From Octopus sinensis (taxonomy: Eukaryota): 64,000 nucleotides of DNA. Under the pieces are notes generated by a model. That model saw only the letters and a list, made by a program, of their open reading frames with translations, had not been told where the DNA came from and made no database searches. A program made the translations under genes and the position numbers. The stretch lies in the NCBI RefSeq assembly GCF_006345805.1, contig NC_043001.1, positions 39,990,001-40,054,000 on the forward strand, in the 5' to 3' direction. Below are positions 51,356 to 64,000 of the stretch, in pieces (the stretch's first letter is position 1; each line of letters opens with the position of its first letter).

Positions 51356-51656
51356 CATATATTTGTTGGACTGTGTGCTTGCATGTGTGCTTGCATGTGT
51401 GCATGGTGCCTGAGTATGTGTGTCTATGTGTGTATTTGTGTACGTGTTTGTGAGTAGGGTGTTAGTTTTTGTGGTTTAATTCAGAAGAGAAATAGACGAA
51501 ATGCCCATGAACTTTTTACTCCTAACTCTAATCATACACTACTTTCTCCATACTATTCCTTTGCCGCTTCGTCTTCTCATTTCCATTCTTACATCCACAG
51601 AAATAAGACAATTTTACACAATTAAAAATACGGTTCTTTCCTGGTCGTATATTTTA

Positions 51657-53400
51657 CAGGTGTGTTGCGGGTAATTATTAATCGTCACCGCTTTTGGATT
51701 TACACATAATTCAAGATGAAAAGAGGACGTCAAATTAAACTGAAGGCAATAGTGTGAGAATGAACCTCAAAGAGATTACTCTAGATATTAAACTTGATGT
51801 TTTAAAAAGGATTAGTGCAGGAGAAAAATCAAACTTATTGTTAAAACATTAACAAGCGCGACCCGAAAGTTCTGGGTGCGACCAGGATACAAACCGCTTT
51901 GTCCCGTCCCTTTTTTTAGGACAATTCAGACAATGAACGATATCCTGGTGGGTCGTTAAACACTGTGTCCATTGATGTGAGTGGATCATCAAGGAACTTC
52001 GAAAAGCTCACTCCGTGGGATAGGTGCGGTCGGAGCTACCCACGAGTATCAAGCAGCGGTCACTGTTTTGAACCACCGCCGACTGGCGAGCATTAATGCC
52101 CGACTTGGTTAGCTGATCCCTAAGAATTAATAATACCAACTGCAGGAACAGTAGGTAGCAATAAAGAGAAAAATAAGTCAAATGCTCAGAAATCTACTCC
52201 CTTAACTTCTCGGACCTCATCTTTTAAGACGTCTTATGTGATGCTTGAAATAGGAGAACTCTTGAGTGTGTGGGTCAAGAATCATAGCAATGCAATGGTA
52301 ATTAAAAATACAAGGGTAGAAGGTTGTATGATAATTTGCAGATAAAGAAAGAAGAATCTTCTAATGAAAAATTATTTCTAGTTAGTAAAGGCTGGTTTGA
52401 AGTGCGTGAGAAGCACTTGATTTTGCATAGCATAGAAGTAACTGATGAACCTAATTATCTTGAGCAGTTAAAGAAATGATTATTAAAAGCCACTACACAC
52501 CAGAGCAATGTTGATGAAACTGTAATTGTCTGGATGTTCATACCTGCTAGAACTTATATTTCTCGAGAAGACAAATCAACATCAAAATTTAAAGCATCCG
52601 AAAATGATCTAATGCTTCGTATACGACTCCGAAAATCAGAGGGTTTTCAAGGGTTAGGCAAAGTTTAGTCTACTCCTGAATCGTCATTCAAATAAGAAGG
52701 CGTGAATGACTAACTGTCTTTTCGGAGAGTGGTTTACAATAATTTTTTTTGTCCTATTGCAGAAAGGCACAATGCCAGACATAATTTCAACAAAGTATAC
52801 TCCTTTTAGGTAATGCACGAAGCTACCCAATGAACTTCAATTGGCTTTATGATAATGAGAAAGTAGAATATATCCCTCCAAATACAACTCCTTTGCTCCA
52901 AGGCGTATTATCTGAGAACTTTCAACAACTTATGAAAGCAAGTGACTGGGGATTAAATCTACAGACAGTCTTCTGGAAGAAGTTTAGCATAATGGATGCT
53001 GTGAATAATATAGCTGAGTCATGAGATGAAACGAAACCTTCAACTTTGAAGGGTACTTGGAAAAGTATATTGCTATATTGTTGGCAGTAGGTCTGAAAGC
53101 TTTTGCTGATGATGCCCCTAATTGTGATTGTAACATAAATATTACAAAAGACATTTTCAATGAGCTCTCTTCCTATACTGAGCTGTATAAAGAGATAGTA
53201 GACAATAAATATCAAACAATATTGGATAAGTTCTTCACTCTTCGAGCAAATGTTGGCGGTGATTAATCATAAGATAGAATATAGTATCCCACAATCTTCC
53301 AGTCATTCTCATTTTACAACTACTCCTTACTTCTAACGATCTTTTGAGTTAATGTACTCTGTTACGATCTTACGGTTCGTACACTTTGTCTCGTGTATTT
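51657..53400 (+). mobile_element. Tigger/pogo-like (CENP-B-type) transposon remnant
   Basis: N-terminal LDIKLDVLK...GEK...NKEKI, then degenerate KGWF, YTPEQ and RTYISRE-like segments, and FWKKFSIMDAVNNIAES. Confidence 0.75.
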
Positions 53401-53503
53401 CTCGTCAAATGTTTTTTTATGTATAACGTGTATTTTTCAAACTGTTATCTTGTCACATGTTCTTTTCTTTTCGAAAAATTCGTTGAAACGCATCTTACTT
53501 AAA

Positions 53504-55345
53504 TGTTGTGAGAATAATAGTAATAATGGTATACCCCTCCCATGTGACGAATGGTATGTGATAACCCCTATAAATAAGGTGGCGTCGGTTAGTATAAAGA
53601 GAGAGTACGTAGTAGACGGTCATAGATAGTCGTGGTCTTGTGTTACTAACTTTACTGCTATTACCAGACGTTAAAGGATACAAGAGTGGCGACGAGGAAT
53701 TAAACTCACGAGGAATTAACAAAGTCACGAGGAATTTATAAAGTCACGATGAATTAACAAACTCACAAAAGTTTTTTTGTGCGAATTTTACGAAAACAAA
53801 TTGTACAGTGTTGGAAAATTTGTTGGCCGGTTTGCTCAAGTTGCAAAAACAGCAACAACAACAACTGAAAGAACAGCAACAGCAGCTACAACTACAAGAT
53901 CAACAGCTGAAGTAACAACAACAATTACTATTACAGCAACAAATGCAGCAATTAATGAATAGTAAGTCGTCAGGAAATACTGAAAAGATGTTCTCGCCAG
54001 ATTATGTTGCAAACTCAATAACAGAATTTAAGTACGAACCAAAGGAGTTACTTTCGAGGCTTACTATAGAAGATATAAACAAATCTTCAATAAAGAGTGC
54101 GAAGATTAGGACGACGATATGAAAGCGCGTTTAATATTAAGAAAACTGGCAGCAGAAGAACATTAGTGTTACAGTAATTACGTAATCCTGAAACAACCTT
54201 CTGACATAAACTCTAAAGCTACAATAGACATATTGTGTAAAATTTTTAATGAGAAAAGCTCGTTGCTCAATACACGTCGGAAATGTTTGGACCTAGAAAA
54301 GGACAACGAGAAGGACTACATCACATATGCTGGTAGAGTTAACAGGGAATGTGAAGAGTTCAAGCTGGATGAATTAACGCCAGATATATTCAAGTGCCTG
54401 ATATTTACTCAGGGGCTAATTGCAGAGAATGGAATACAATTTGAGTCTAGCGAATTTTAAAAGTTTTGTGAAACATTCGTGTGTGAACATGTAACAACGG
54501 CGTCATGCCATTCCAGATCTAACGGTCAGGCAGAACGCTTTATCGATACGTTCAAGAGAGCCCTAAGAAAGTCGAATAAGGAAGTCACGAATGAGGTAGC
54601 TCTACAACAGTTCTTAAGAGTATACCGTGCGTTACAAAATCCAAATACACCAGCAGATATTTCACCAGCGAAGCTGACGTTTGCGAGGAAAGTAAAATCA
54701 GTCTTCTACAAATTGCTACCCGGCAAATAAAGAAAAAATTGCAATGGAAAATACAGCAAGATTTTTCAAAATTGGTGACAAGATATTTGTGAGGGCATAC
54801 AAGAATGGAAAACAAAGTTGAGAAGTTGGCGGGATTACCAAACGCATAGCAAAAATACTATACTTGTTAAAAAGTAGAAAAGGCATATACAAAAGATACA
54901 TGAACCAACTCAAAAAAAGATTCGTTGAGAGCAAACCCAAGAGAATGGAAGAACCAATGGAATGGTTATATGATGCTTTTCAAGTACCAACGCCACCACA
55001 GGTGATTGAACTCAGACGCACAAGCGTAAGAAAAAGAAAATGTACGGAGTTCCTGAAAGTGGATGCCAAACGAAAAAATATTGAATGTGTAACTAAAAAA
55101 AGAACGCTAAAAAGGGAATGAGGTGATATAAAAAGTATTGCTATTAAAAGAAATAAAATGGCACAGCCTAAGAAAAAAGAAAAAAGGGGAGATGTTGTGG
55201 CGATAATAGTAATAAACCCCTCCCACGTGACGAATGGTATGTGATTGCCGCTATATATAAGGTGACGTCGGTTAGTATAAAGGGAGAGTACGTAGTAGAT
55301 GGTTGCAGTTAATTTTGTCGTGTTTTTTTATTGCTGGTAGACGTA
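53504..55345 (+). mobile_element. Internally deleted Ty3/Gypsy element with both LTRs (about 1.85 kb)
   Basis: 5' LTR 53504-53682, PBS-like tggcgacgagg and tandem leader repeats. A gag fragment is joined directly to the integrase C-terminus. PPT aaaaagggga precedes the 3' LTR, which starts at 55193. Same family as 4700-8633. Confidence 0.9.
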
Positions 55346-55460
55346 AGTCAACTTGTTAAATATTTGTTAAAGGTCTCCTCTCGTGGGTGTACCCAAGATT
55401 ATTGATTGTTACTGTTGAAATTGCTGTTACTGTTGTTATTTTTTCCCCATCGTTGGAAAG

Positions 55461-56447
55461 ATGGAGAAGGTGCCAGTAAGAGGTCACAGTTATGCGGCAG
55501 CAATTGGTAGAGGAATGGAGGTTGAAACTTTGGAGGTTCCTGAAGTAAAATTTGAACCGAAGAAGATGAAAGAATGTGAGAAATTACTGAAAAAGGAAGG
55601 AAACACGTTGAGACTAACGCCGCCTGAAGAACTTACAAGCAGTGTAACCAAGAGGACAGTAATTTTTAAAACACTGAAGGTATCAAGCAGGAAAATCGAG
55701 ATAGCAACGATCGAGGCTATTGATGAATGTTTGAAGGAAATCAAGAGGTTTATCACAAGAGGAAGAAAGTATGGCACAGTGGAGGTGCGTTTCGCGACGG
55801 AAGACGAAGCGATTAAGCACTTAACGGAAGCCATTAGAACAGAAGAATGGGTACTTTTGCCGACGTACTGTGGAAAGTGTATTACCAGGGTGAGAGTTGG
55901 CAACGTGCCCCCAGAGATAATAGAAACATGGCTGATGGCAGCCATAATGTTCAATATGGAGGAGGAGGCCAAGATACTCAAAGCCACAAGAGCCAAAAGG
56001 GTAAATTATTGGGAATATGGCATAGAGATGGCCATACAAGCGAGTTTAGAAGACCTCAGTAGAATTGCAGAAGAACTAGTTCTGCCCGAGGATATAAGGC
56101 TGAGAGTGGTGGTGGATAGTAGGCCGCCCATATACTACGCATGTGGAGAAAAAGGTCACATGAAGGCGAGGTGCTCCCAGAGAGAACAGCAGATGAAACA
56201 AACTGAGAAGCAGGAGAGTACAGACCAAGTGGTACGCGTCGAGGTAAAGGAGACAAGAACAGAAGAGGAATTCACGGTAGTCAAAAAAAGAAAGAGAAGT
56301 GAAAGAGTAAGCTCCCCGCCAGAGAGGCAGAAAAAGAAAAAAGAAGTAGAGAAAGAGGTGGTGAAGGAAGTCAGAAGGGAGGAAGAGGAAATGATTGACA
56401 AGGAGATTGGAAAGGAGCTTGAAGAGGAGCTCAAGGAAGAGTTATAG
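55461..56447 (+). CDS. L1/Tx1-type ORF1 (gag-like) protein, 328 aa open; the frame probably ran to 56875
   Basis: RRM-like RYGTVEVRF and TRVRVGNVPPEI segments, a zinc knuckle YACGEKGHMKARC (first Cys replaced) and an E/K-rich tail. One stop and one frameshift separate it from 56525-56875. Confidence 0.7.
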   Translation: MEKVPVRGHSYAAAIGRGMEVETLEVPEVKFEPKKMKECEKLLKKEGNTLRLTPPEELTSSVTKRTVIFKTLKVSSRKIEIATIEAIDECLKEIKRFITRGRKYGTVEVRFATEDEAIKHLTEAIRTEEWVLLPTYCGKCITRVRVGNVPPEIIETWLMAAIMFNMEEEAKILKATRAKRVNYWEYGIEMAIQASLEDLSRIAEELVLPEDIRLRVVVDSRPPIYYACGEKGHMKARCSQREQQMKQTEKQESTDQVVRVEVKETRTEEEFTVVKKRKRSERVSSPPERQKKKKEVEKEVVKEVRREEEEMIDKEIGKELEEELKEEL

Positions 56448-57089
56448 AAGGAGGAGACAGCAGCAAAGACATTGGTTATACCAGTGGAGGAAAAGGATCT
56501 AGGAGAACAATTTATGAAGGTGAAATGGAGAGACTATTCAGAGTGGAGGAGGAAAAAGAAAAAGTACCAGGAGAAGAGCAGGAAAGGGGAAAACAAGTAA
56601 GAAAAGCGAAAACATATCGATGGAATTTTGTGACATATTCTGAAAATAAAGAACTTGAACGGAAAATAATGAAATTTAAGTCCATTATAAGGGTGAAGCT
56701 GCCCACAGATGTGTATTCGGAGAACGTGAAGGTCATTGTGGTCGACAAGGAGAGGTACAACAAGCTGAAAGATAACTGTGGAAGAGGAATTGGTCCACCG
56801 GGTGTAACAGTGGAAGTCGATGAATTGCCACCAGTGGTAGAACTGAAAGATCTCGAACCTTTTATGAAATATTAAAAAAGAAAAATTTTCTTATTTGGAA
56901 AAAAAGAGGGGGGAGTAAAACTGTTTTATTTTTGAAAAAGAAGAGAGAAAATGATGATAAGGGGAAAATCAAAGGAAAAATGAACGATTATAAACAGTAT
57001 GCACACACACACACACATAAATACATACATACATATGTATGATTGTATGTGTATTTTTTCGATGTGTACAAATAACACGAAAAAAAATA

Positions 57090-58015
57090 GTTACCAGGGT
57101 AGCAAAAATTCACATAAGTGCCAAGGTAGAAATTCCAGGGTTTTGGTGAAATGTTTTTATATGACATAGATAAATTAGGAAATGGAGTTAAATGCAGACT
57201 GGGTTTTCGGCATAAGCATCAGTTTTTTATGTCTCTTTTTTTTTTCGGAAACAACTAGATGTATTTGTGAACTGTCAACGGCGTTGAAGAGCATAATAAA
57301 AAATGTAGTTGAGAAAAAGTTAGCCGACATGAAGGACTGGAAACCATCCAAATACTAAAAACATCATGACAATTCGCGCCGAGTATCAAAATGCCGACAC
57401 CATGACTGCTACTCAGTACTCTGTGAACACTTTAAAGGCTGAAAGACGTAACAAAGACAGCTGCAACGAAGACTACGATGCCGTGGCTAGCAGAAATGGA
57501 CACACAAGGCCTTCTGAGGGTAACTTTATGGCGCCCCGCATCTTCGAACTTATGTGAAGCTGCCTGAGACTGTAGTCAAACCCTGGCAGGGGGGGTTGCT
57601 GCCGAAAGGCTATATGTGTCGCAGTAGGATTCGGCTCCTTGTCATACCTCCGGAAAGAGTTAGAAGTGGTTGTCAGAGAATTTCTACGACTTCACCAGTC
57701 TCAATTTCTGACCTCCTAATTCCCCCGATTGTAATCCTATAAATTACTGTGTGTGTGGTGCTGTTGACACTAACCGCTCTAAGATCAAGGTGTTCGAAGA
57801 TCTTCCGAGGGACACAGAGAGGAACGCATGCGCCAGGTTCCAGAACCGTCTTGATGTCGTAGTGGAACCTGGTGGCAGCTGCTATGTGTAAACTGTTATC
57901 TCCCCGCCAAAATCTAGTTGGCATTTTTTTTCATATTTTAAAATACATTTTGGATAGAATATTGTTTTCTTTTCCTTGAATGGAAATCGTCAAATTTAGC
58001 CCAGACACCCTACAT
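57090..58015 (+). mobile_element. Internally deleted DD37D-like Tc1/mariner element
   Basis: Q*DSAPCHTSGKS*KWLSENFYDF...PPNSPDCNPINY. Confidence 0.7.
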
Positions 58016-58196
58016 AAACATACATAGATATGTGTGTGTGTGTGGAGAGAGAGAGAGAAAGAGAAAGAGAAACCAGTTGAGTAAACCTACCAGTAATGTA
58101 CCTATAATGACTACTGGAAACAGTAATAAGCCAAATTTGCTCAAATAATGGAATTATATGTAACGACTATTATTTTAAAGTTGTTTCTCATATATA

Positions 58197-59467
58197 TTAG
58201 GTCGTCAAGTATAAAATTTGTAGTAAGGTATATGGTAAACTTTGGCAGCTGCTCATTTTGCGCCATTGTTATATTTTGACAATCTTTATTTGTTGTCAGA
58301 AATCTGACACATCTATTTCATTATCCTAAGTCATTTTGCGCTTTATAAAGTATTTATAAATCATTTTTTGCTATTATTGTTTAGAGATGGATAAGTCGGA
58401 AATTCGTACAGCTTTAAAATATGAGTTCTTTCTTGGAAATACATCACAGACAGCTCGGAGTATTAATGGAGTATTTCATTCTAATGTTATTATACAGCAG
58501 ACAGTATCAAATTAGTTTGCAAAATTTCGTTCTGGTAACTTTGACCTCACAAATGAGCAACGCGGTCGACCAGAAGCAAAGGTGGATAATGACGAACTGA
58601 AAGCCAGCGTCGAGTCAAATCCATCTCAAAGTGCCCGTGAATTATTGTTGTTGTTTGGTGTTTGCAAGCAAACAATATTAACTCACCTAGTTCAAATGGG
58701 TAAAGTGAAAAATTTGGACAAGTGGGTTCCACATGAACTCAATGAAAATCAGAAACAGCAACGTTTGGAAGCCTGCATTATGCTACTTTCTCATCACAAA
58801 AATGAATCATTTTTTAATCGAATTGTAACGTGATGAGAAATGGATCCAATACAACAACCGTAAACGTTCAGCACAATAGTTGGACAAAGATGAGCCACCA
58901 AAACACAGTCCAAAAAGCAAATTTCATCAAAAGAAGACGATGATGTGTGTTTGGTGGTTTGGCGCAGGTGTGATCCATTATGATTTCATTAAACCTAGCT
59001 CATCAATCACAGCCGAAGTATACTGGAGCCAACTAGACCAAATGATGCAAAAACTTACAAAAAAAATAGCCTAGATTAGTCAACAGATTTACTCCTATTT
59101 TATTGCAAGACAACGCCTGATCACACATTGCAAAAATGACATTGGCGAAACTACAGGAGTTGGAGTTGGAAGTTCTCCATCATCCACCATACTCACCTGA
59201 TCTTGCTCCCACTGACTTCCAGAATTTGGATAACTTTTTAATAGGAAAAAATTTAATTCCGACGATGCTGCAAAACAGGCTTTCCAAGATTTTATTAACT
59301 CTAGATTGCCAGGCTTTTACATTTCCGGGCTGGACGAGCTACCAGTGAAATGGCAAAAGTGTATTGACAATATGGGTGCATACTTTGAAGAATAAAACTA
59401 TTCCTTATATTTATAAAACATTAGCAAACTTTTTTCTTTTCAACAAATTTCATACCTGACGACCTAA
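58197..59467 (+). mobile_element. Full-length mariner element, pseudogenised
   Basis: TA-flanked TIRs ttaggtcgtca. Contains KWVPHEL, DEKW, QDNA and HPPYSPDLAPTD with frameshifts. Confidence 0.93.
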
Positions 59468-59763
59468 TACATACATACATATATACATACATACATACAT
59501 ACATACATACATACATACATACATACATACATACATACATACATACATACATGCATGCATGTATGCATGCATGCATGCATACATACATACATACATACAT
59601 ACATACATACATACATACATACATACATACATACATACATACATACATACATACATACATGCATGCATGCATGCATGCATGCATACATACATACATACAT
59701 ACATACATACATACATACATACATACATACATACATACATACATACATACATACATACATACT
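59468..59763. repeat. (ATAC)n microsatellite with (ATGC)n interruptions
   Basis: Visible. Confidence 0.96.
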
Positions 59764-60114
59764 TCTTAATCTGAACGGAGGCAATGCGAGCAGTAACTAA
59801 AGGAACATTACTAAAATCCACACAGAAAGATCAAATACATACATATATTCATATATTCATTTATATCTACAGAACAGATATAAAGTCCGACGTTTAAAAA
59901 TATAATAATGTATAAATAAAAACATCATATAATATATATAAATATATAAGAATCAGTGTCGCATAGAAAACACAATGAATTTACGCTTAAAATCATATAA
60001 CATTTGGTATACTAAAAATATTTGGGATAATAAACATATAAATGACATATTAAAATGACATTAAAATTCCAGAAAAAAATACAGAAAAAATAAAAATGCA
60101 AAAATCACAAAATT

Positions 60115-60394
60115 GTTCCTCTACGAGCCGTTTCGGAGACGTGCCAATTAATATGAAACATATTATATATTTGAAACTGACACTCTCCTCATCAGGATGT
60201 TTTTTACACACAATACACAATACATGGAAACAAATGTACTATTACATACCAGCTATGTTTGACGGTGTTCTGTCGCACATAGCTGGTATGTAATTGTACA
60301 TTTGTTTCCATGTATTGTGTATTGTGTGTAAAAAACATCCTGATGAGGGGAGTGTCAGTTTCGAATATATGATATGTTTCATATTAATTGGCAC
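60115..60394 (-). repeat. Inverted repeat (118-bp arms, 18-nt spacer) overlapping a hammerhead motif
   Basis: 60141-60258 and 60277-60394 differ by a few mismatches. The minus strand 60195-60122 reads CTGATGA-GGAGA...TCTCC-GAAA-CGGCTCG-TA. Confidence 0.85.
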
Positions 60395-60774
60395 AATTTA
60401 GATGAACAATTTTGTAATTTTTTACCGATTGGTAATTATGTTGGACTCAACAATCATAAGATTTTGAGTTCGATTCTTAAACTGATTGCACGACGTGGCC
60501 TTGAGCAAAGTACTTTGTTTCTCATTGATGCGATCTACATAGCTAAAAACTAGCATCAGCCTCCCTCTTCTCCTAGCTGTCACTTCGATATTTCTTTTGG
60601 GTGGTTGAAGTGACCGAGAATGTGGCTATGTTTGCTAGTGACAACAAATGTACCTAAAACAATTAGCGAAAGCGTGGTACCCAGAGCATATTCTCTTGCG
60701 AGTGGTGATTATTCGTATTTCTTGCATTTTTGCTTGCATACATACATGGATACTCATACATGTATGTACGTATG

Positions 60775-60807
<33 letters not shown>

Positions 60808-60808
60808 A

Positions 60809-61190
60809 GGAGTGGTTGTGTAGTAAGTAGCTTGCTTGCGAACCACATGGTTCCAGGTTCAGTCCCACTGCGTGGCACCTTGACTTCTACTACAGCCTCG
60901 GGCCGACCAAAGCCTTGTGAGTGGATTTGGTAGATGGAAACTGAAAGAAGCCCGTCGTATATATGTATATTTCTGTGTGTGTGTGTGTGTGTTTGTCCCC
61001 CTCCCAACATCGCTTGACGACCGATGCTGGTGTGTTTACGTCCCCGTAGCTTAAGTTCGGCAAAAGAGACCGATGGAATAAGTACTAGGCTTACAAAGAA
61101 TAAGTCCTGGGGTCGATTTGCTCGACTAAAGGCGGTGCTCCGGCATGGCCACAATCACATGACTGAAACAAGTAAAAGAGTAAAAGAGTA
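60809..61190 (+). mobile_element. tRNA-derived SINE, near full length
   Basis: A-box-like gtggttgtgtagtaa, B-box ggttcagtccc, a central (TG)n tract and a gtaaaaga repeat tail. Resembles octopus SINE families as I recall them. Confidence 0.8.
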
Positions 61191-61250
61191 TATATATATA
61201 TACGCACACAAACACATTTGTATATGTATGTATACACACACATATATAAA

Positions 61251-61281
<31 letters not shown>

Positions 61282-61769
61282 TTCCTGAAGTAATTGCCTA
61301 GCCCCATGTACATTTACCACCTATTCACAGATACTCCACGACGGTAAGTCAAGTCAATATGCTCGCAGCATCCATTAGCCGCAGGAGCTATCAGATATTG
61401 GTTATGATGTGCCTTAGGGTCCCTTTCTCTGCATTTTCCGGTTTGTGGGTTGCTCCCTTAGGCTTACTTTAACGCTCAATAAATGACTCCACAATGCAGC
61501 AGGGGTTTTAATTTGGATTTACCCTAAAAAGAGTCGTGGGCCCAATCTACCTTGGGCCGTGTTTTAAGAGACATTACTACCATAGGCATAAGCTTTGGGT
61601 TCACTCACGTAGTTCAGAGGGTCAGTCAAGGCCAGATCACAGGGTATTGCCGCTGCAGTACACTACAAATACTTGGGGCCATATGTGAGCTGGATGCAAG
61701 AGTAAAAACTAAAGGATCCTGGCCAGCTCCGAAGGGAAACGACCCCCGCACCGTGAAATACTATCCCTC

Positions 61770-62160
61770 CTCCTGCACCCAACACGCCTTGAAAGAGAAT
61801 AAAGGGGTTTTCCTGCTACATCTGTATAGTTTACTCTTTCAATGGTGACAATATCAAGAAATTTTCTACAACATGCGTAACATGACTTTGTACAAAAACA
61901 AGGGTGACAAAAGAGAGTGCAATAACTATATGGGGAATTTCGCTTCCCAGAATAATTAGTAAACTTTTCGCAAGAATCATCCGGAAGTGCTTGCAAAAGT
62001 TAGCAGAGTGGATCCTACTTGAGTCACAGACTGGCTTCAAAGCTGAATGTTCAACTACAGATACGATCTTTACTTTGCGACAGTTACAAGAAAATGTCAA
62101 AAGCAAAGAAAATCCCTCTACATTGTATTCGTTGACCTTACGAAAGTTTTCGATACAGAA
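61770..62160 (+). mobile_element. RTE-BovB-like RT fragment
   Basis: TLYKNKGDKRECNNY-GISL...LESQTGFKAECSTTDTIFTLRQLQE. Confidence 0.85.
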
Positions 62161-62719
62161 AGAAGATAGGTTACCGAGCACCTCTTGGTTTGTTTTAAAA
62201 CGTGTTGTGCCATAGCGAGATTCACTCTTCATCCCACCTTAGTTACCAAGTTAGTTTTCGACTGTGATATATCTTCCATTCTTAAATCCAACGTTTTATG
62301 GTGTTTGTTGCATTTGCAAATGGGCCAACTTTTGCACATGCTTGGTAGTAACTGTTTTAAGTGATAGCAAAGTGACTAAGGATGGTGGTGGTGGTGACGA
62401 CGTCTTTGCTTGGTAGTGTGACGACTGAATTTTCTACTGTTCAAGTGGTAGCTGCGACAGTGCTATTTCTGTTGTCACTGTCGGCGCTGATGTGGTAATG
62501 GTGACGGTGGTGTTTGACAAGTTGTTATTATTCTCTTTGGCATGTTGTTGGCTGCAGTTTACTTTGTCGTTCTCGTTGGCGGCGGCAACAGCGATATCAA
62601 TATCGCCGCTCGCTCTTGTTTTTTGTTTCCATTGTTGTAGTTGTTGCTATTGCTGATACTGCAGCTTATTTCTCATTACAGTAGCTGTGTTGTAGCTTTT
62701 TAGAATTTGTACTTTGATA

Positions 62720-63650
62720 TCTTCGTTCTTGAAAGAGATAGACTCAGAGGCAGGTCCTACCCTCTTTTCAAATTCCCCTCCCACTCCCCCTTCCAAAAAT
62801 CTCAAGCAGTTATTTATCGTAACAAATCTCTTGCTAACAGATAGCTAACTTTTATCTGACGGATAAATACAGCTTGTTCTTCACGGCCAAAGGAAGGCAA
62901 TGAGATGATCTTCACAATGGACTCGGCTGATAACTGGATCGGTCCTTGGTGTGACCCTAAGTTTTCGACATAACTCTATAACTTAACAATATTGGGGACA
63001 ATATTAGTGCATGCAGAACAGTTTCGTCACTGCACGCGTTTCGAACAGGCCAGTAGAGTTTGCCATGAACAACAATGCCCCAGTAGGACTGTCACACCAG
63101 ATATTTCAGGAAATACACATGATACACCGGAGGGCTCTCTCTCCCCAACTCAAAAGTTCTATGGAACAGACCAGCCAGTTGATTTTCGTCGATGCCCAGT
63201 GTAACCTATCCGTCCAGCGTCCCACAACGCTGTTAGACACTGCCTACATGTTGATACATTTCAGACAGTTGGAAACGTCTGAGCACGTTTGTGAGGCTTT
63301 TGAACACCCCTCTTCTATTTGCTATCACCACACAGTCCAATCGCGCATCTGAAATATTGTTACAATGCACCACTGCTCTAAGGAGCATCTAGTAATCTGA
63401 GGTCGTTGAGCAGGTCGCCCTGCTTCCAAGGTCACGCACATTTACATTGTGTGTTCTAAGTAAGGGCACGTTCGACAGAAGGAGGAAAGTTAAAAAGACC
63501 TGCTTACATTGATTCTGTAGCTGGAGACAGATGCTCCGTCTTTTTAATGTTTCCATAAGTAGTTCTTGGAATAGTCGTTTGTTAATCTTTTCTCTGAAAT
63601 CTCGTACGCTGTTAACATATTTGTTTTCTAAAACATAGTATGAGTTTTGT
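62720..63650 (-). mobile_element. L1/Tx1-type ORF2 C-terminal remnant
   Basis: RTFELG...QSYWG...GKLY...CSDETVLHAL...RIQLSAESIVKI (degenerate zinc-finger region). Confidence 0.6.
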
Positions 63651-63968
63651 GCTATTCGACGACTTTTATTTATGTTGGTATGCTATTCGCTGATGTGATG
63701 AAATCGGTTTGAGTAATGTTTGTGTATTAATGTACATGTTTAATTCTTTGTTCTTATATTTTATGTAGTTATACATTTATGGTTCTATGGGGTTGTTGTT
63801 CTGGCTGTTATTTTGGAAGCAGATTGAGTTCTGCCACTGAATGTGATGTTGGTTGTAATTGTAGTGGTTGTGACTGTGGTGAAGGTAATGGTGATGATGT
63901 TATAATTGCTGTTGGCTATATTTGTGGTGTTTATGTGTCATGTTTCTTCTGTCCGTTTGATCCTCCCA

Positions 63969-64000
<32 letters not shown>

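Noticed and set aside
53777-53962. Thr/Ala-rich mucin-like ORF
   Set aside because: It is an out-of-frame reading of the CAA/CAG poly-Q tract of Gypsy gag.
60809-60880. tRNA gene
   Set aside because: It has Pol III boxes but no complete cloverleaf, and it runs straight into a SINE body.

Overview
AT-rich eukaryotic genomic DNA dominated by transposable elements and microsatellites. The SINE and RTE-tail families suggest a cephalopod, most likely Octopus; this is inferred from repeat content, not verified. One probable host gene begins at the left edge on the minus strand: a signal-peptide exon (1785-1731) spliced in phase 1 to an Ig-like exon (622-341), with the rest of the gene apparently continuing off the window. 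Everything else I can support is repeat-derived. Penelope-like elements include one long open RT+GIY-YIG ORF, three inverted-repeat structures and about nine hammerhead-ribozyme motifs. Other retroelements are Ty3/Gypsy elements and solo LTRs, RTE/BovB LINEs, REL-type LINEs, Tx1-like LINE pieces and tRNA-derived SINEs. DNA elements are mariner, maT (DD37D), Tigger, Merlin and one unusual IS630/Tc1-like transposase remnant, plus non-autonomous Helitrons. No rRNA, tRNA or CRISPR features were found. Most ORFs in the supplied track are artefacts of microsatellites or antisense frames. Boundaries of degraded repeats are approximate.
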